A DNA stretch of 64,000 nt from Eledone cirrhosa (GCA_964016885.1 OZ024741.1:107508001-107572000); one strand, 5' to 3'; numbered from the stretch's first letter, positions 12,563 through 27,683 are shown. A program made the numbers and translations. Notes: a model not told the origin generated them from the letters alone.

Positions 12563-13930
12563 GTGTGTGTATGTGTGTGTGTAGGAAAATGATTCCTTTA
12601 GTAGGAATATTTTTGAATGAACATATTTTCCTGACTTTTTCGTGTTTGCTGTTGTATTGCCAGTGCAAACGTATGTTTAAGGTTTATTTAGTTCGGGTTT
12701 TTATTTTCTAAAGTAGAAGGTGTTATGTGTGTGTGTGTATGTCATATTGTGGTGTTGACATAATGTATATTAAACCTTATTTAATGTTGGTCTATATTTT
12801 TGAATAAACATATTTTCCTTATTTATTCGCATTTGTTCTGTTGTATTGTTAGCGCAAAGGTAAAATGGGAAGACTTGGAAGTTGGGTGTCTTATTACTTG
12901 CGTAAATGTCTAGATGTGCACTTAGTGGTATCTGTCTCGTGGTTGGATCTCGTAATTGTTGGCGATGAACTGTCATTCTGTTTCTGAGTGTGAGTTTAGT
13001 TTGTCCTATATAATCTTCATTGCATCCTTTACATTTAATGGCATAAAGTAGATTTTTTGATGAGCAAGTGAAGTGATTTTTTATAGTAAAATTTTGTCCT
13101 GATTTAAATGTATACGTGTTGCCTTCAATGAGGTGAGTGCAGGTTCCACAATTAGAGCGACCACATTTTTTGATACTTGGTTGTGGGTTTGTGGTAGGTA
13201 ATTTGGCATTGGTGAGTAATGTTTTCAGTGATTTTGGTTGTCTTTTGCTTTTGATTATTTTGTGTGTTTCAAGGGCTTTTTTCATTCTTGGGTTTTGTTT
13301 TAGTAGTGGGATGTTATTGTGAATAGTGTTGTAAGCTTCCGCATTTCTTGGGTTGTGTGTTGAGATATATGATAGAATATTGGATGTACCTTGAATTTGT
13401 TTCTGTTTCCGTAATTCATCAATGCCTATTGCTTTAGCCCTTTCTATTCCATTATTTATTAGTAATTCGAATTTCCTTTAATTCTTGAAGTCTTTTATTT
13501 CGCGTTTCATAATTGGAGACAATTGTGCAAATTCTTCTTGCTAGGTTAAAAGGAATGTTCGTCTTCGTGTGCTTTGGATGGTTGGAGGTGAATAGCAGAT
13601 ATTGTTTGGAATCTGTTGGTTTGTAGTGTATGTCAGTTTCGATATTTGTGTCTTTTTTTGTGATTAAGATTGTGAATTGGATGTGGTTATTGATGCCGTT
13701 TATTAAGTTTTTGAAATCCTTCAGTTGGTCGAGTGTGTGGGACCAAAGAATGAGGCAATCATCCAAGTAGCGTTTCCAATTCTCTGATAAATATTTGTGG
13801 AAGTTCAATCCGTATTTTGATTTGGACTGTTCATATATCTGGACTTCTAAGTATGCCATGACTAAGTTGGCATAAGTTGGAGCGGCTTTTGTGCCCATCG
13901 CAGTCCCCGATATTTGCTTGTAAGTATTGC
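11540..13930 (-). mobile_element. 5'-truncated, frameshifted Neptune-like PLE (second family)
   Basis: GTAMGTKAAPTYANL, WKRYLDD (13452-13925); CGRSNCGTC, NLLYAIKCKGCNEDYIGQT (12770-13285); 3' UTR runs to a TA tract. Confidence 0.9.
11679..11716 (-). ncRNA. Minimal type I hammerhead, U3/A8 core variant
   Basis: Minus strand reads CCTT-TTGAAAA-GCAG aagaa CTGC-GAAA-CCGG-TA-AAGG. Confidence 0.75.
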
Positions 13931-13967
13931 CATATATATATAGTGATAAGTATTGCCATATATATAT

Positions 13968-14176
13968 AGTGATAATAATAAATTTGAAGACTAAAATCCA
14001 AAGAGGGCTCGATAAGGATACATATATATCAAATATATAAGAACCGCAGAGCAAATATTTATTAAAATAACAGATTAAAGTTTAAGCAAAGAATCGCTGC
14101 TTTCACCCCTAACGGGATCTTCTGAAACCCGTTAAGGGTGAAAGCAGCGATTCTTTGCTTAAACTTTAATCTGTTA

Positions 14177-14183
<7 letters not shown>
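13968..14183. mobile_element. Short non-coding fold-back element; relatives at 38040-38112, 45683-45860, 47418-47620
   Basis: Arms 14060-14116 / 14128-14183; shared motif cccgttaagggtgaaagcagcgattctttgcttaaactttaatctg. Confidence 0.75.
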
Positions 14184-14239
<56 letters not shown>

Positions 14240-14346
14240 ATATATATATGTGTATGTATGTATATATATATATATATATATGTGTATGTATGTATGTGTG
14301 TGTCTGTGTATATATATATATATTTATATATGTGTGTATGTATGTA

Positions 14347-14436
<90 letters not shown>

Positions 14437-14656
14437 TATTGGTGCTCTGAAATAGCGATGTATACATGAATATATGTATAGCATATTTGGAAATATACTG
14501 TATGTTTAATTAAAAACATGTTGAAGACCATTCGCTATGAGTTTTAAAGTAGTGACTATGTCACTTACTTATTTTCGGCCCAAAGAAAGGGAGAGTGATC
14601 GACAGTATGTTTCTCGCTTGTTGGCGTTTATCAAGACCATACATAGATATATATAT

Positions 14657-14802
14657 AGGAAAAAGATTGACCCAGATGGCTGTTTCGACGGCTATTTCTG
14701 GACGGGGTCAAACTTTTTCCTATTACCCACTCTACTACCCTAAGTATTGAGTACTCTGGTGCGTTATGGTCCATCTGGTTCCTTACCAAACCTCCTTTGT
14801 TA
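14657..14802. mobile_element. Short hairpin-headed TA-associated element; relatives at 10085-10130, 37683-37864, 38352-38547, 57918-58100
   Basis: Shared tail cctattacccactctactaccctaagtattgagtac..gcgttatggtccatctggttccttacc. Confidence 0.8.
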
Positions 14803-15000
14803 CACACACACACATATATATATATACATATATATATGCATACATACAACACACGCACACACACACACACAGTTATATATATATATATATACATATATAG
14901 GTATACACACACACACACACACACACACAGTTATATATATATATATATATACATATATAGGTATACATACACGTACACACACACACACACACACACACAC

Positions 15001-15087
<87 letters not shown>

Positions 15088-15591
15088 TACATGTATATAT
15101 ATAGGATGCCAAGCATAAGCTATCAAGCATCTGTGTCTTCCAAGTAGCTTGGTGTGTGTGTGCATCTGTCTTCCTGCCTGCACGTACGTCTGTGGCTCTT
15201 CGGCGATACATACTATTAATATGACTTTTTCAAATTACCGACAATAGTTCATTCACCCCTCTTTACTATCTCGTTTTGTCGATAATGGACGATAGAAGAA
15301 TGCATTCATGTCTTGGCGAATAATTTCTATCTATTTGTAACAAAAGGATATCAATGACGTCAGCATAAATTCATTACTGCAGGCAATCATAGAAAATATC
15401 TGTGTTTTAGCATCCTGGATATGTCAAGTAATGACGTCAAATGTTCCAACATTCTAACGCGTTATCGCTGTATAAAAGACATTTTCTATAAGAAGAGCAA
15501 GTATTAACTTGACTTCAAAGATGTACCAATACCTGTACCTATAGTTATATACATATACATGTTTAAGCAAATACATATGTACATATACATA

Positions 15592-15644
<53 letters not shown>

Positions 15645-15871
15645 ACAGACACACACTCACACACATGTAGGATCCTAACCACTCTCTCACCCCCCCCCCA
15701 AAAAAAAGGTACTCATACGTTAGTAGATTAATTAATTATAGGATTAGAAATGTTTCATTCGTAAGATCAGATTTTACAGATGATTTCTTAAAATGGAAAC
15801 AGATCTAGTCCTGTAGAAGTCGTTTCTGCAATAAAATGAATATTATATACATATAGTCCCTCCCCCCCCAC

Positions 15872-15931
<60 letters not shown>

Positions 15932-15934
<3 letters not shown>

Positions 15935-16490
15935 AGAACCCCTACCGATGCGCTGAACGAGTGTGACTTTTTAGTCCAGCCAGCGACTTGAAAACTCTGG
16001 TACAAACACTACAGCTGTGACAATCATTGACAGATAGTGCTGGGCCCATGGTACCATGTGACGACAAGTGCAGAGAGATCTCCAGATATAAAGCAATACC
16101 TGTGCCGTGAAGCTTTTATAGTGAGCAAAGGCACTGCACAAAGCCAGTCCCACTCTCTTAACCAAGATGATATTTACCAAAAAGAAGAACAAGTCAACAT
16201 CATTGGATACCATCAGGGTTGCAGGTGTTATATCAGAGTTTTCCTTCTCCTAGGATTCTGCCTTGACAAAGGCTAAGGGGTCATCTCTCCCGGTGATTTT
16301 GGATGGCCATTGACTCTTAAGAGCTCCTTTGCCCTTTGACAGGTTCTGTTGTTAGTCCTGCAGGATGTCCAAAGTCAACCTCCTCACCAAGAAACCTTGG
16401 TGGGGTTGCCAGTTTAGTCGCCAACAACCCGACCATGAGACAGATTGTACTGGAATACATGTTACCAGTAGCACCAACTGGTGACCATTC
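15932..16490 (-). repeat. Probable RTE-like 5'UTR-derived repeat (related motif at ~58594 +)
   Basis: Minus strand ctaggagaaggaaaactctga resembles ctaggagaaggcaactcaga at 58594. Confidence 0.35.
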
Positions 16491-17177
16491 ATATATATAT
16501 ATATATATACATATATACAAATGCATATAATCCACAGACATATCTTCGCGAAAGTTTGATGAAGAAACAGATTATTATTTATTAGTTCAGTAAAATAATG
16601 GGTTATTAAAAAGTTTAAAAAAAGATAGGAATATTTGCAATATTCGTGAAATTCCCAAGAGCACTGACTACACAAATGATGTGAAATTGTTATAACAAGC
16701 AATTGAATTCCTAGTGCATATTTAGCTTTTGTATTACATTCTCTACTTCTCAAATACTTCAATACTATACATTATCAGGTGAGCTAGCCAAATGTTTATT
16801 CCATTATAGTCAATCTAGAGCAAGCAATGCATAAAGTGTTAGCTATGCTGGGGGATAAAACATTAGGCAACATTGGAGATTATATCATATATTTGCGCTG
16901 TATATTTCAATTTACAAATAATAATCGTTGAAAGCAATATTAGACCAACTTTCACATTCTCAAGCAGTTGACAATGGGAGAGATGGCTATTTCATTTACT
17001 AAACCCCAATCAATAAATTTAGTTAGGTATACTGCTTTACAGAAGCTACCTTCTACGTTATATGATATGATTCATGAAATAAATCAAACAAAACAGAAAT
17101 AGTTAATCACCATTTCCTTCCCAATGATTCTATACTTTTTGAATCGTTGATATATACCGATGCTAGATGATTTAAAT

Positions 17178-17721
17178 CCGGGGTCTCAAAAACTTGGCCC
17201 ACAAACTACTGTTCGCGGTAGAACAATTTTCGCGACTATATTTTCTTAAATCTTGGTAATTTGTCCTTTGCTTCTTGCGCTTGCATGCTATTTGATGAGC
17301 TATTGTTGAAAATATCTGCTGTTTCTTTAACTGTGATAAAACTTTGAATATTACTGTTTTCCCTATTTTAATAATATTAATAATACATTTAATGCAATGT
17401 ACCCATGAAATACATTAACATTTTAACAAACAGAATTTATCAAACGTTAAAATATAAAAAGGGGAATTTACCAAAAGTAAAAACGGAATTAAGAAAAATT
17501 TGAAATGAAAAATGTATCCCTCTACATTTTGGACTAATTCACATGTCCCACTTACTATCATATGTATATTCGTTATGATGACACAAAACATAAATAGCAC
17601 CCTATCAGCTGTATTGCAGATTATCATTATAACTGGTGGAAATCAGGCTCCAAAAATTCACTTATGGCCCGCTGAGCCAAGATAAAATGACACTTTTGTG
17701 TCCTTGAGTTTGAAAACCACA
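17178..17721. mobile_element. Old hAT-type MITE
   Basis: Degenerate TIRs ccggggtctcaaaaac / gagtttgaaaaccaca; 8-bp TSD atttaaat / ctttaaat. Confidence 0.6.
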
Positions 17722-17734
17722 CTTTAAATGGATG

Positions 17735-18060
17735 CAGGCATAGGTAAGATTTACGAAATTCTATTCGCACTCATGAGGTCCTGTGTTTAATCATCCTGCA
17801 TGTTATCCTGAGCCAGTATCTTTTCCTCAGACTTAGGTCGATTCAATCACTGGCAGTGAAATCGGAGTGACAGAAACTGTGTGTGAGTCCATCGGCTGTA
17901 TCGTGTTTATATTATCATGTTATGCTGTTTCTGTCTGAAAATTACGTTAACGTTACACGTGTCTGTGGAATACTCCGCTACGGAAACGGTAATTCATGAT
18001 CCAGACATTCTGTTGATCGAATGTTTAAATGCTCATCGTCGAGACCTGGGGTAGTTCTAC
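17735..18060 (+). mobile_element. Diverged old SINE (similar to 27851)
   Basis: Decayed tRNA-like head; 3' part resembles 28020-28130. Confidence 0.4.
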
Positions 18061-18487
18061 CATCTAAGTTAATCTCCTTCGATTAATTTGGGAGACATTA
18101 TCTAACGATCAAGTATTAAATATATTTCAACTAACTTAGTAGAAATTAACGTATATTCGGAACGAGTTTGACTCACATGTAGTGTGTATAAGGAAAATGC
18201 TTGACGCATAGAATTGGGTGTATATTAAAGATAGCTTGATTCACAAAAAATTGGTGCATATTTATATTTGGAGAGAGTTTAACTCAAATGAATTAGTGTA
18301 TTTGGGGAGAGTAAATCACTTACCGGAATTGGTATATTGACTAATAAAATTGAGTTTATAATTGGAGAATGCTTAAAAGAGTGCCTTGCAGCAATTCGTT
18401 TTCTCATTTTTCTTTGAATGTTCTACTCTGTAAAATTCATGCTTCCTTAATCCATTCAATTTAAAGGAAAATATACACATATTATAC

Positions 18488-18567
18488 CTTGTGATATTTA
18501 CAATCCTCTCGGGCTCTCTATTGCAAACATTGGCCAAGGCCGAGTTGAAAACAGAATCGGCAATTGA
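18488..18567 (-). CDS. Candidate host exon (SIADSVFNSALANVCNREPERIVNIT)
   Basis: ccttttAG acceptor, open 80-bp frame, AAG|GTATAA donor, non-repetitive context; no homology recognised. Confidence 0.3.
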
Positions 18568-19165
18568 CTAAAAGGCATTATGAATCGGATAATAGATGTT
18601 TGTTTTAGTTACATTAGATTATATTGTGTATTAGCCTAACTATCGCACAATCGTTGTGCCTCTCACAGCACATTGATCTTTCAATGGTTCTATCTATAGA
18701 ATAACCTGAACTCAGCTAGTTGAAGTGCTGAACTGTACATTATCATTAGCAAAGAGTCATTGTATATTATGATTAGCAAAAAGTCATTTTGTTAAGCTAC
18801 ACACTATTTCAGATGGCGTTATAGAACTTGTTTCTTATTAAAGAGGAAAGATCAGCGTGGTTCAAAGTGATTCTCTAGGCAACAAAGCTTTGATGAGAAA
18901 AGTCAAGAGTTCAGGTTATAGAAATGACATTACTGTTTGACAAATATCCGAAACAAATCATAAACTTACTAAACCTTTCTCATTGTCTCTCCTCTCTCCA
19001 TCCGAAACACATTGTTATTGTTGTCGATGTATAATGTAAACATCTGTGTACGATGTTTAACATGAAATATAGCCTCACCTCAGGGTCTTTTTTAAAACTC
19101 TTTCTCCCTCTTCTTCTCCCATTATATGTGTGCGTGTGTGTGTATGTGTATGTGTGTGTGTGTGT

Positions 19166-19215
<50 letters not shown>

Positions 19216-19359
19216 ATGTGTGCGCGTGTGTGTGTATGTGTGTATCTGAGTGATTGTTCTTTTAGTACCATTGACCCATAAATAATATATCACCGAATCA
19301 ATCAATTTATCCATTTATCGATCAATCGATCTATGTATTTGTATGTCTGTTGATCTGTT

Positions 19360-19990
<631 letters not shown>

Positions 19991-20596
19991 CTGAGACTGA
20001 AACCATTGAGCATTTCATTTATTTCTTTGTCTTACTATCTTTACTTTCCTCCTGTATAATGAACTTTATTTAACATTATGCACCGAAAGCAAAATAACAT
20101 TAAGAAAGAAGCATAAAAAGAAAAAAAACAATTGCAAAATATATTTTATTTGAAAAACCTATTAAATACAAAATGAAATGACGTATGGATTTAACTTTCT
20201 TTTTGGAGTCTTATTTTTTTTTAAACTTCAAACTCCAGGAAGTTGAAAACGTTCATTAATATATTAATGTTAAATTAACTGTCCTAAGATTACGAAAGCA
20301 GATGATTAAAATGTGTTGGAAGTAATCGTACATTTTATATAATCAACTTGTATGGATTCTATGAAGTGTTAGGTCCAACGTTCACTTTCAAATATTGAGA
20401 TATACGTTATACATTTTATTCAGTTTTTAATTGAAATTATATTTTATCACAATTGCCCAAGGCTAATTATGTGTTAAATAATGGAATAAATAGTAAATTT
20501 ATTTCTTATTGTGGCAATTATTAATTTCATATAATGTTGGTGATAGATTATATATATACATAATATTGGTGATATATATATATATATATAATATTG

Positions 20597-20637
<41 letters not shown>

Positions 20638-20684
20638 AAATACAAATATTAATAAAATAGATGTTCTTTTGATCAATTACATTT

Positions 20685-20730
20685 TATTATACATATTTCG
20701 GATGTACAACACTACGTCCTCATCAGACAA
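20685..20730 (-). ncRNA. HHR-like motif in the Naiad 3' end (second copy at ~24793-24838)
   Basis: TTGT-CTGATGA-GGAcGTA gtgttg TACaTCC-GAAA-TATG-TA; stem I register imperfect. Confidence 0.6.
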
Positions 20731-22056
20731 CATATAATGATACATGACATACCCTGAGATGTTAAATGGTTAAGATTTAATGAAGGTAGTGATTAACCTG
20801 AAAGAAAATTTAACATTTATACCCTAATAATGAGAAAATGGGAAAATATAATAAATTCAATAGAGAATGTGTGAGTAACAAAAACGTTGCTTAACGTAAC
20901 AGTTATAGAGATTTTAAAATGTATGATACTACAATTTATTTTTATCTGGGAAAACAGTCAATGAGAGCCACTGGAATAGGATATATAGAGAGGGAAAGAT
21001 AAAGGGTAATATATGTAGAAGGAGATTTTACGAAAGTTAAACGGTTAAGTTTGAAAATATTTAATTTATGCTATTTTAGGGTGAAGAATCAAGAATTTAG
21101 TTGTTTTTTTTTAAATTGCTGGTTATTTATATTTAATTTTGTAAATTCTATAAGTGTGTTAACATTTCTAAACTTCGGAATTTTATGAGGATAACATTTA
21201 AAGGATTTAGCTGGCCAGCGGAAAGGAAAGTTTACACTGTTGAATATTTTCCTAAATGTAAACTTTACCGAAGATAATCATTGTCAACAAGTTAGGTATG
21301 TAAATCTTATGAAGTACTTATTGTTAGAAATATTTAAATAACGATTGTGTATATAGATATATATTAATGAGCCAGTATATTTTAGGTAAATGATAACGAA
21401 AATAAAAATAAAATAATAGATTGAGGCATGCTAAAGTTAAATATATACCTATATATAACAGGGTGTAAATGCATTAATTATTCATAGTTCGAAATAAATA
21501 ATAATCAAGAAATTTAGAAGTTAACTAAAAATTATGTATAGAAAGATACAGGGAGGTATATATGGATATAAATTAGGTATTATTGATACAGTATACTTTA
21601 GAAAAATGATAACGCTTATAATTTTATATAATAAAGTTCGAACGTGTTATAGTTAAATACATATATATATATATGAGAAAAGCAATAATAAATTCATGGA
21701 TAATTCAGAGTTCAAAGTAAGGTCTATAATAATTTATAGTCTGTATATTTGCTATATATTTGAATCATGGATATAAAAATGCAGTAGGTATATTTAAAAA
21801 AAAAAACGTAGAAAATATAATTACATACATATTATAAATAAGAGATCAAAAACACATGAAAGATTCACAGTTAAAAATATGTTCCGTAAAAATGTATGGG
21901 TTGGATATTAAACTAAAATTTAAAACATAGATAGGAAGATAAAGATAGAAAAATAAAGAAATAATGGTATGGATCAAAGTTAATAATATTATGTTATGTA
22001 TATCAATGTTCCGGCATGTTATTGAACAAGTGTCTTTCATTCGAGCGTTATTGCTT

Positions 22057-22231
22057 TTGGCAGTATCGGTAGAGGGTCGGACGCCATGCTTTCCAGCATA
22101 GTTACGTCCCTTTACGATCTGAGTTCAAATCCCGCCGAGGTTGACTTTGCCTTTCATCCTTACGGGGTCGATAAAATAAAGTGCCAGTAATGCACTGGGT
22201 AATTGCTGGCCTTGTGCCTAAAGTAGAAACA
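22057..22231 (+). mobile_element. tRNA-SINE inserted in the Naiad 3'UTR with a 10-bp TSD
   Basis: TSD gttattgctt at 22047-22056 and 22232-22241; empty site in the paralogous repeat at ~27172. Confidence 0.92.
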
Positions 22232-22359
22232 GTTATTGCTTCTATAAATAGATTATAAGATAATGCAATATTAAAGGCCATTAATGTTTTTCCCTGTTGA
22301 TTATATACGTCTGACAACCAAGTTTTTAATGGTTAAGTGTTTCTCTCTCTTTTTTTCTC

Positions 22360-24582
22360 GTTTTGTGGGAGGCTAAGAATGTGGACGTAGCTTTATGGAG
22401 GCAACGAGAGAATAATTCACTTTTTTTGTTAATTAGGGTCTCATAGTTATTAATAATCCACAGGGTCACCATTGTACAGAACGCGCAGTTATTTGATATA
22501 CTAGAGTTGCGGTAAACTCCACAGTTCCGAAGTTTAGTCCAAAGAATGGATATTTTAAATTCCTCTCTTTAATGACCATATGAGCTGTGATAAAGATGTG
22601 GATGATTTCCTCTTGGAGTTCGAGAAAGAGCATTTATGGTTCGCAAATCTGGCTTTAAATGTAGAAGAAGTCGATCCTATGTAGTTGTATGTGTTGTGAT
22701 CAGTTTTTACGGTGCATTTATAAACCAAATTACTATCTAGACAGTTATTTTGCAAAGGGCAATAAGTTTTATTTCTACAACTACATTTTGGTTTAGTATC
22801 ATTTATGTTAACTCTATTATTAAGATCATTATGCTGGTTTTGTTTTAGGATTTTAGTGTTTAATTTGGCAATGTTTTGGGCCATGTTCATAGTTGTAGAA
22901 TACGAGAATTTAATGGTATGTCTATTAAAAATGAAATGGTATTTATGTTGAGTAGGGAAAGAGGTGTCCAAAGCGTTAAAGAATAATTTTGCAATTGGTG
23001 TTTTGACTGCGACCGAAGCGGGGAGGGGGGGGACCATATGACTGATTTAGTTCTAGTTCTTATCCTAGATTTATTTGGCGTATGGGTGTTTGAATTATAA
23101 TTATTAGAGTTTTTCTCATATATATGTTATTATTTTTATTAAGATTAATACTTGGATTATTATTATCAACATATTCTATATTATTCATATATCCTGCTCT
23201 TTTTAACGCGTTGTTGTAGTATTCAGCGTTTTCATCGAATATAGCTTTATTGGCTGATATTTTATTGATTCGTTTTTGCACACTATTTACTATAGCTTTT
23301 TTTTACAGATTGGAATGGTTACTAACATAGTTTAAGTTTTTACTGGTCTTATTAGAAGGGTAATAGACGCCAGTGTTTGAGTTAAAGGTAACGTCTAGGA
23401 AATTAACTATTTTGGTACCATTTTCTACTTCTAACTTAAGGTCGTACTTTTTAAAGAATTCTATTATACTTTTCTTTACTGTATTTAGTTCTATATTATT
23501 GTGTTTGACCACGGTAAATAAAATGTCGTCCCTATATAAACCACCGGTAATCTCCGGCAGTTTTCTATTTATCATATTTAATATGAAAATTCCCAGAAGA
23601 TCTGTGATTTGCGCGGAATCGGATGCCCCCATAGTGATATCAAAGTTTCTATCTCTATCTGAGTGGGTCCAATATTCGTTGTTGAAGTTAATAAGAGTTC
23701 TTCTGGCTGTTAGTATTATGTCTATTTCATCCGTGGTTATATCAGTATGCTTATAAGCATATGAAAGAGCCTTATTTAGAAGGTTAGGTGTTATGGAAGA
23801 ATAGTAGCTAGTAATGTCCATCTGGATGAATTTATGGTTTTTCTTATATTCTATATTCTTGTACCATTCTATCACTTCGTTTGTATCTTTCCATAACTCA
23901 AATTAAATCTCAATTTAAGAGTGGGTAATATTCTATCTATGATGTTTTTACTGATTACTCTAATATCCGATTTCGATGGAGCAATCAGTCTAACTGGCAT
24001 CTCTTCCTCAAAGTTTCTTTTGTGATCCTTCAAGCTAAAAATGTCTAGGAAAAATGGCTCGGTTCTTCCTTCTATTCCTAAATTGGTAATTAATTTGTAG
24101 GCTTCTTCATTAATTTCAGTAAGATCATCAGCCGGGGCTTTTTTGTAATTTTTCCTAAGTTCTTTTAAAATCAAGTTGTTATATTCGTCTTTGTTTATCC
24201 CATATAAATTATTAGTTTTGTCAGATTTAACCAATACTTTGTTAAAAATTTTTATTTCCGTCATTTTTCTTTTAGAGTTCTAAGGTATTGGTGACCTATA
24301 TATGGGTTTCTCCTAAATTTAATTTCTTTTTATTATACCGAGCATTTCTGTTTCAAAAACCTCCAGAAGTTTGTTGTATGGAGGATTCTTTCTTGATTTA
24401 AGTAAAGATTCAAAATGATTGTTGTTGGTTTTCCTTTCAGCATCTTTATTTTCAAAACGAAAAGCTCTCCATCTCAATCTTCTAATAAAAGAGTTTGTCT
24501 GTTCGATAGTTTTCCTCATGTATTCTTCATTTAAAGGTATGGGTACATCTTTGAGGGAAGTTGGGAAGTTTAAGAAATCCAT
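22360..24582 (-). pseudogene. Frameshifted Naiad RT + GIY-YIG ORF
   Basis: FIRRLRWRA, KSDKTNNLY, FIQMDITSYYSSI, FDITMGASDSAQITDLLG, GLYRDD, VNFLDVTF, CSCRNKTYCPLQNNCL..LVY..YIG, terminal RCLHK; split over five or more frames. Confidence 0.88.
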
Positions 24583-25637
24583 ATTTATTGAATATGTAAT
24601 CTATTGTATTGAAAAGCGCTCTACCAGTAGGGAGCAGTATATATTAAAGAGTTAAACAATATTGAATGAGTATATCAAAGAATGAGTTTTACAGTAGATT
24701 GGAAGCACTCTATGGAAAATAATTTTCTAGAGTTATTAATATTAAAATACAAATATTAATAAAATAGATGTTCTTTTTATCAATTACATTTTATTATACA
24801 TATTTCAGATGTACAACAGTACGTCCTCATCAGACAAAATATAATGATACATGACATACCCTGAGATGTTAAATGGTTAAGATTTAATCTAGGTAGTGAT
24901 TAACCTAAGAGAAAGTTTAACATTTATACCCTAATAATGAGAAAATGCGAAAACGTAATAAATTCAATAGAGAACGTGTGAGTAAGGAAAAACGTTGCTT
25001 AATATAACAGTTATAGAGATTTTAAAATGTATGATACTACAATTTACCAGGGAAAGCGGTCAATGAGAGCCGCTGAGAAAATATATATAGAGAGATGGAA
25101 TATATGTAGGAGTTTGAAAATATTTAAGTTTGAAAATATTTAATTTATGCTATTTTAGGGTGAAGAATCAAGATTTTAGGTTTAAAAAAAAAAAAAAAAA
25201 GATTGCAGGTTATTTATTAGTTTTGTAAATTCAATAAGTGTTTTAACATTTCTAAACTTCGGAATTTTATGAGGATAATCTTTAAAGGATTTAGCTGAAA
25301 ATAAAGTTTACACTGTCGAATATTTTTCTAAATGTAAGCTTTACCGAAGATATTCATTGTCAACATAAATGGTATGTAAATCTTATGAAGTATTTATTGT
25401 TAGAAATATTTAAATAACTATTATGTATATATACATATATATATATATTAATGAGCCTGTATATTTTAGGTAAATGATAACGAATATAAAAATAAGATAA
25501 TAGATTTAGGCACGTTAAAGTTAAATATATACGTATATATAAAAGGGTGTAAATGTATTGATTATTCATAGTTCAAAATAAATGATAAACAATAAATTTA
25601 ACTAAAAATTATGTATAAAATGATACATGGAGGTTTA

Positions 25638-26550
25638 TCTATATATATAAAACTGTGGTTGTCTGTCTGTCTATCGATTTTTGGCACACATCTCCTCTTA
25701 GAATCTCTCACGGAATTGCACCGAAATTGCTATACTTGTACATTGAGCCCTAGCGAAGACATCGGAAAAAAAAATTTCAAATTGACCCACCCTATGTGAC
25801 GAAATCGAATATAATGTATCGATTTTTGAGCGTAAGTTATCAGTTATTTCCCTTTGTTCTGTTTACATTGAGCGCCTTACGTAAAAAATTACGCTGGCTT
25901 TAACAGTTGTCGAGCCAGCAAAATATTGACCTGCAAAATTCATCAGTTCGAACACTAAGCTTCCGTTTTGCTTCATTTCCATTTAAAAGCATTTTAAAAC
26001 AATATTTTTACTTGAAAACAAGTCTATTTAAAGACTACGTAAAACAAGCAAATATTTCGTCGTTAGGCGTGCAGACAGACAGTCGTGCAGACAGACAGTC
26101 GTGCAGAGAGGTGATATACGCGTGCAGACAGACAGTCGTGCAGAGAGGTGATATAGGCGTGCAGACAGACAGTCGTGCAGAGAGGTGATATAGGCGTGCA
26201 GACAGACAGTCGTGCAGAGAGGTGATATAGGCGTGCAGACAGACATAACTGATAATTTGGTTACGCTAATGTTTTTCTCTGCGTTGCAGTGTTTACATTT
26301 TCGATCTTTGTTAATAAATAACCAGTGCAGTTTCTATCCCCAGCATCCTCTTTTGTTATAACATTCGGGTTATCGTTATGTTTTCTTAACTTCATAAGGC
26401 ATATTGTTGGTTGAGGGAATATTAATCAAAAACACCACATGCAAGTCTGCACAGTAGACACTACAGTTTTTAAGCCAAGAAAGAAACTTAACATTGTAAC
26501 TTTAACACAGCTACTGAGCGACCCCGAGCAACGCCGGGCTTTACTGCTAG
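25638..26550 (+). mobile_element. Non-autonomous Helitron
   Basis: 5' TC, 3' CCCGagcaacgcCGGG hairpin + CTAG, A^T target with no TSD (empty site at ~21560); second copy at 62992. Confidence 0.9.
26065..26245 (+). repeat. ~37-bp minisatellite inside the Helitron
   Basis: aggcgtgcagacagacagtcgtgcagagaggtgatat repeated about four times. Confidence 0.9.
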
Positions 26551-26664
26551 TATGGATATAAATTAGGTATTATTGATATAAATTAGGTATTATTAATACA
26601 GTATACTTTAGGTAAATGATAACGGTTATAATTTTATATAATAAGGTTTGAAACGTGTTATAGT

Positions 26665-26702
<38 letters not shown>

Positions 26703-27507
26703 GCAAGGAAAGTTTACACTGTTGGATATTTTCCTAAATATAAACATTACCGAAGATAATCAATTGTCAACATATGGTATGTAAGTACTTATTGTTAGAA
26801 ATATTTAATTAATGATTATGTATATAGATATTTATTAATGAGCCAATATATTTTAGGTAAATGATAACGAAAAAAATATAATAGATTGAGGCATGCAAAG
26901 TTAAATATATACCAATATAACAGGGTGTAAATGCATTAATTATTCATAGTTCGAAATAAATAATAATCAAAAACACATGAAAAATTCACAGTTAGAAATA
27001 AGTTCCATAAAAATGTATGGGTGGATATTAAACTAAAATTTAAACCTTATATAGGAAGATAAACATAGAGAAATAAAGAAATAATGGTATGGATCAAAAT
27101 AAATAATTATAATATTATGTTATGTATATCAATGTTCCAGCATGTTATTGAACAAGTGTTTTTCATTCAAGCGTTATTTCTTCTATAAATAGATTATAAG
27201 ATAATGCAATATTAAAGGCCATTAATGTTTTTCCCTGTTGATTATATACGTCTGACAACCAAGTTTTTAATGGTTAAGTGTTTAACTCTCTTTTTTTCTC
27301 GTTTTGTGGAAGGCTAAGAATGTGGACGTAGCTTTGTGGAGGCAACTTGAGAATAATTCCCTTTTTTTGTTAATTGGGGTCTTATAGTTATTAATAATCA
27401 ACAGGGTCTCCATTGTACAGAGCGCGCAGTTATTTGATATACTGGAGTTGCGGAAAACTCCACAGTTCCGAAAGAATGGAGTATTTTAAATTCCTCTCTT
27501 TTAATAA

Positions 27508-27598
<91 letters not shown>

Positions 27599-27610
27599 TA
27601 TATATATATA

Positions 27611-27683
<73 letters not shown>

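Larger units (their letters stand above)
20637..27510 (-). mobile_element. Naiad-type PLE in partial-tandem arrangement
   Basis: 24744-27510 repeats 20637-22580 (ORF end + 3'UTR + HHR); TA tracts at both ends. Confidence 0.85.

Noticed and set aside
13931-14054. N-terminal part of ORF 13452-14054 as PLE protein
   Set aside because: It derives from an adjacent non-coding fold-back family and a 26-bp tandem duplication; RT homology stops at ~13925
22360-24582. Selenocysteine (UGA) recoding as reported for some Naiads
   Set aside because: The breaks I checked (24319, 23872) are frameshifts; the TGA at 23872 is outside the conserved frame and no SECIS was recognised
26065-26245. CRISPR-like repeat array
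   Set aside because: Pure tandem units with no unique spacers, inside a eukaryotic Helitron
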